From positions 993,999 through 1,057,998 of the forward strand of contig JAKMXF010000310.1 in the NCBI GenBank assembly GCA_024704765.1: DNA of 64,000 bases, in the 5' to 3' direction. The DNA comes from Oopsacas minuta. Its lineage: Eukaryota > Animalia > Porifera. Shown here one piece after another: positions 62,472 to 64,000 of this stretch; position 1 is the first letter of the stretch, and each line of letters opens with the position of its first letter. Below the pieces are notes generated by a model, which searched no databases, was not told the DNA's origin, and saw only the letters and a list, made by a program, of their open reading frames with translations. A program made the position numbers and the translations under genes.

Positions 62472-62943
62472 CTAAAAAGTAATGGGAAATAAATATTTGT
62501 GAACTGTGTACTATAATATGCAATATATAAGATATCCCTGAAGAGAAATAGATAGAATATCCCTGACTTATTGAGGATAACACAAACTCATAAACTAAAG
62601 AATACAATATATAATGAGGGAAAAATAGAAATATAAAGAATTTAGATGTTACTTAAAAAAGATACTAGTGTGATTCGTTTGTTATGTCATTACTCAATGG
62701 CATTATAGTCAGCACTGCGTGCCTCTGATTTAACTTAAGTAAGAAACAGCCAGATTTCTTAATCGTTTTAGTTGCTAAGCGGAGGGATAAATCGATAATC
62801 CGTGCCTCGAATTTCAAAAAGAACAGAAAAGTTATGAATTGATTATTCTTGGTCCATCCAAATTAGCTTTAATAGCTTTCTGACAGTAGAACTACTAACT
62901 AACTTATGGTCGTATTATTGATCTAGGCACTTCATGTCTCGAG

Positions 62944-63730
62944 TAGGGATCGACCGGGGCCGGACCCCGGCCAAAAAGTTGAGAACCCGGCACTTGGCCA
63001 GCAGGGGTGCTTAATGAAATTTATGCTAAGAGTTATTTCAAAAGCAAAACATCATAGGTTTGGCACGAAAGAAATCTAAATGCGAGATACCTAATCAAAA
63101 TATATACGTATCTCTATATTATATCTAAATCTTGCTTGTATCAAATCTTCACTATCATCATCAATTTTCTCGACGTGTTGATTAGGCAGAACTACGTCAG
63201 GAGTAAGGCATTAGTTGATCGTGTTAAACAAGATCGCGATCCCGATTTCGATCATTTTTCCGATCTTTTGTGTAATATTCAAGACATATTTTGATAGTTA
63301 CATCATTTCTTATGCCAAAAGAAACATAGGTGGAGAATCAACGTATTCTATGAACGAATATTACTGATTGTTGAACCCAAATTTGAAACAATTACCTAAG
63401 TATAAAAAACGCTAATGATAGTAGCATTCAAAGTATACAAAAATGATCGAAAATTTTTGTGCAAAAAAGGATCGCGATCTTACATCCGATCCTTAATAAA
63501 ACAATGATCGCCGATCGTCGCCAGATCATAAAAAGGTATCGCGAACGTGATCGAGCGATCAATGATCGTACGATCCTAATGCCCTAGTCAGGAAGTGGTT
63601 GAAGTAATTTGAATGAGCCAAATCCAACAGCTCTTAGGTTGTACTTGAGGAACTAGGAATCGACCGCCGGGCCTCGGTCCCGGCTGAAAATTGGTACTTT
63701 TTCCCGGCCCCGGCCTCCGGCCGATCCCTA
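62944..63730. mobile_element. hAT non-autonomous element (TAGGGATCG ends)
   Basis: TIR tagggatcg.ccgg; perfect 8-bp TSD gtctcgag. Confidence 0.9.
63204..63586. mobile_element. hAT MITE nested in 62944-63730, rich in CGATC repeats
   Basis: TIR ta(a/g)ggcattag; TSD gtcaggag / gtcaggaa (7/8). Confidence 0.8.
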
Positions 63731-64000
63731 GTCTCGAGTAACAGGGAACTAAAAAATGTTTGAATATAATGAAGACGTCATAATTCCGTGATGAGTATGA
63801 GTTGGGTGAAGATCATAACGTGAGGAGATGGAAATGAATCATATTGAGGTGTACCTGTGATTCAAATTCCAACCATCTACCCTATACGTATTGACTGAGC
63901 AGTGGATAATAATGTGATTTATCGAATTCCGAAAGGTAACAATTACGTCATAGTTCATCATATTTGTGATTTCTACCAAAATTAGAACTTGTCAAGCAAG

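Noticed and set aside
62480-62600. Possible additional upstream exon (YEFVLSSISQGYSIYFSSG)
   Set aside because: I could not find a convincing donor site or repeat-motif match, so it was not included in the model.
1-64000. Prokaryotic, viral or alternative-genetic-code interpretation of the many short ORFs
   Set aside because: A phase-consistent GT-AG exon chain and intact standard-code ORFs (NHL, transposase) explain the coding signal. Stops in other frames are of all three types and come with frameshifts, as in pseudogenes.

Overview
AT-rich eukaryotic (animal) genomic DNA with GT-AG spliceosomal introns and the standard genetic code. No rRNA, tRNA or CRISPR features were seen. The gene content (intronless coiled-coil+NHL gene, TRAF-like gene, repeat-rich extracellular protein) suggests an early-branching metazoan such as a sponge; this host call is inference only. 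The backbone is one large minus-strand gene that runs off both ends of the window. I could chain 14 exons by hand (62471 down to 1224) with compatible GT-AG junctions and phases. They carry about 3.1 kb of coding sequence in about 61 kb and encode tandem ~130-145 aa cadherin/Ig-like repeats resembling those of giant bacterial adhesins. One exon (7703-7911) carries two apparent 1-nt deletions. The introns are packed with DNA transposons: an intact Tc1-like DD35E element, a decayed DD37E element, several hAT elements and MITEs, pogo, MULE, a Transib/RAG1-core-like fragment and foldback elements. They also hold foreign gene pieces: a DH-BAR RhoGEF pseudogene, FN3 exons, an OTU protease remnant, and a compact 3.56-kb intronless TRAF/NHL/orphan cassette that is circularly permuted and terminally redundant. 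A near-perfect ~905-bp inverted duplication lies at 40800-43283. All coordinates were counted by eye and may be off by a few bases; no database searches were run.
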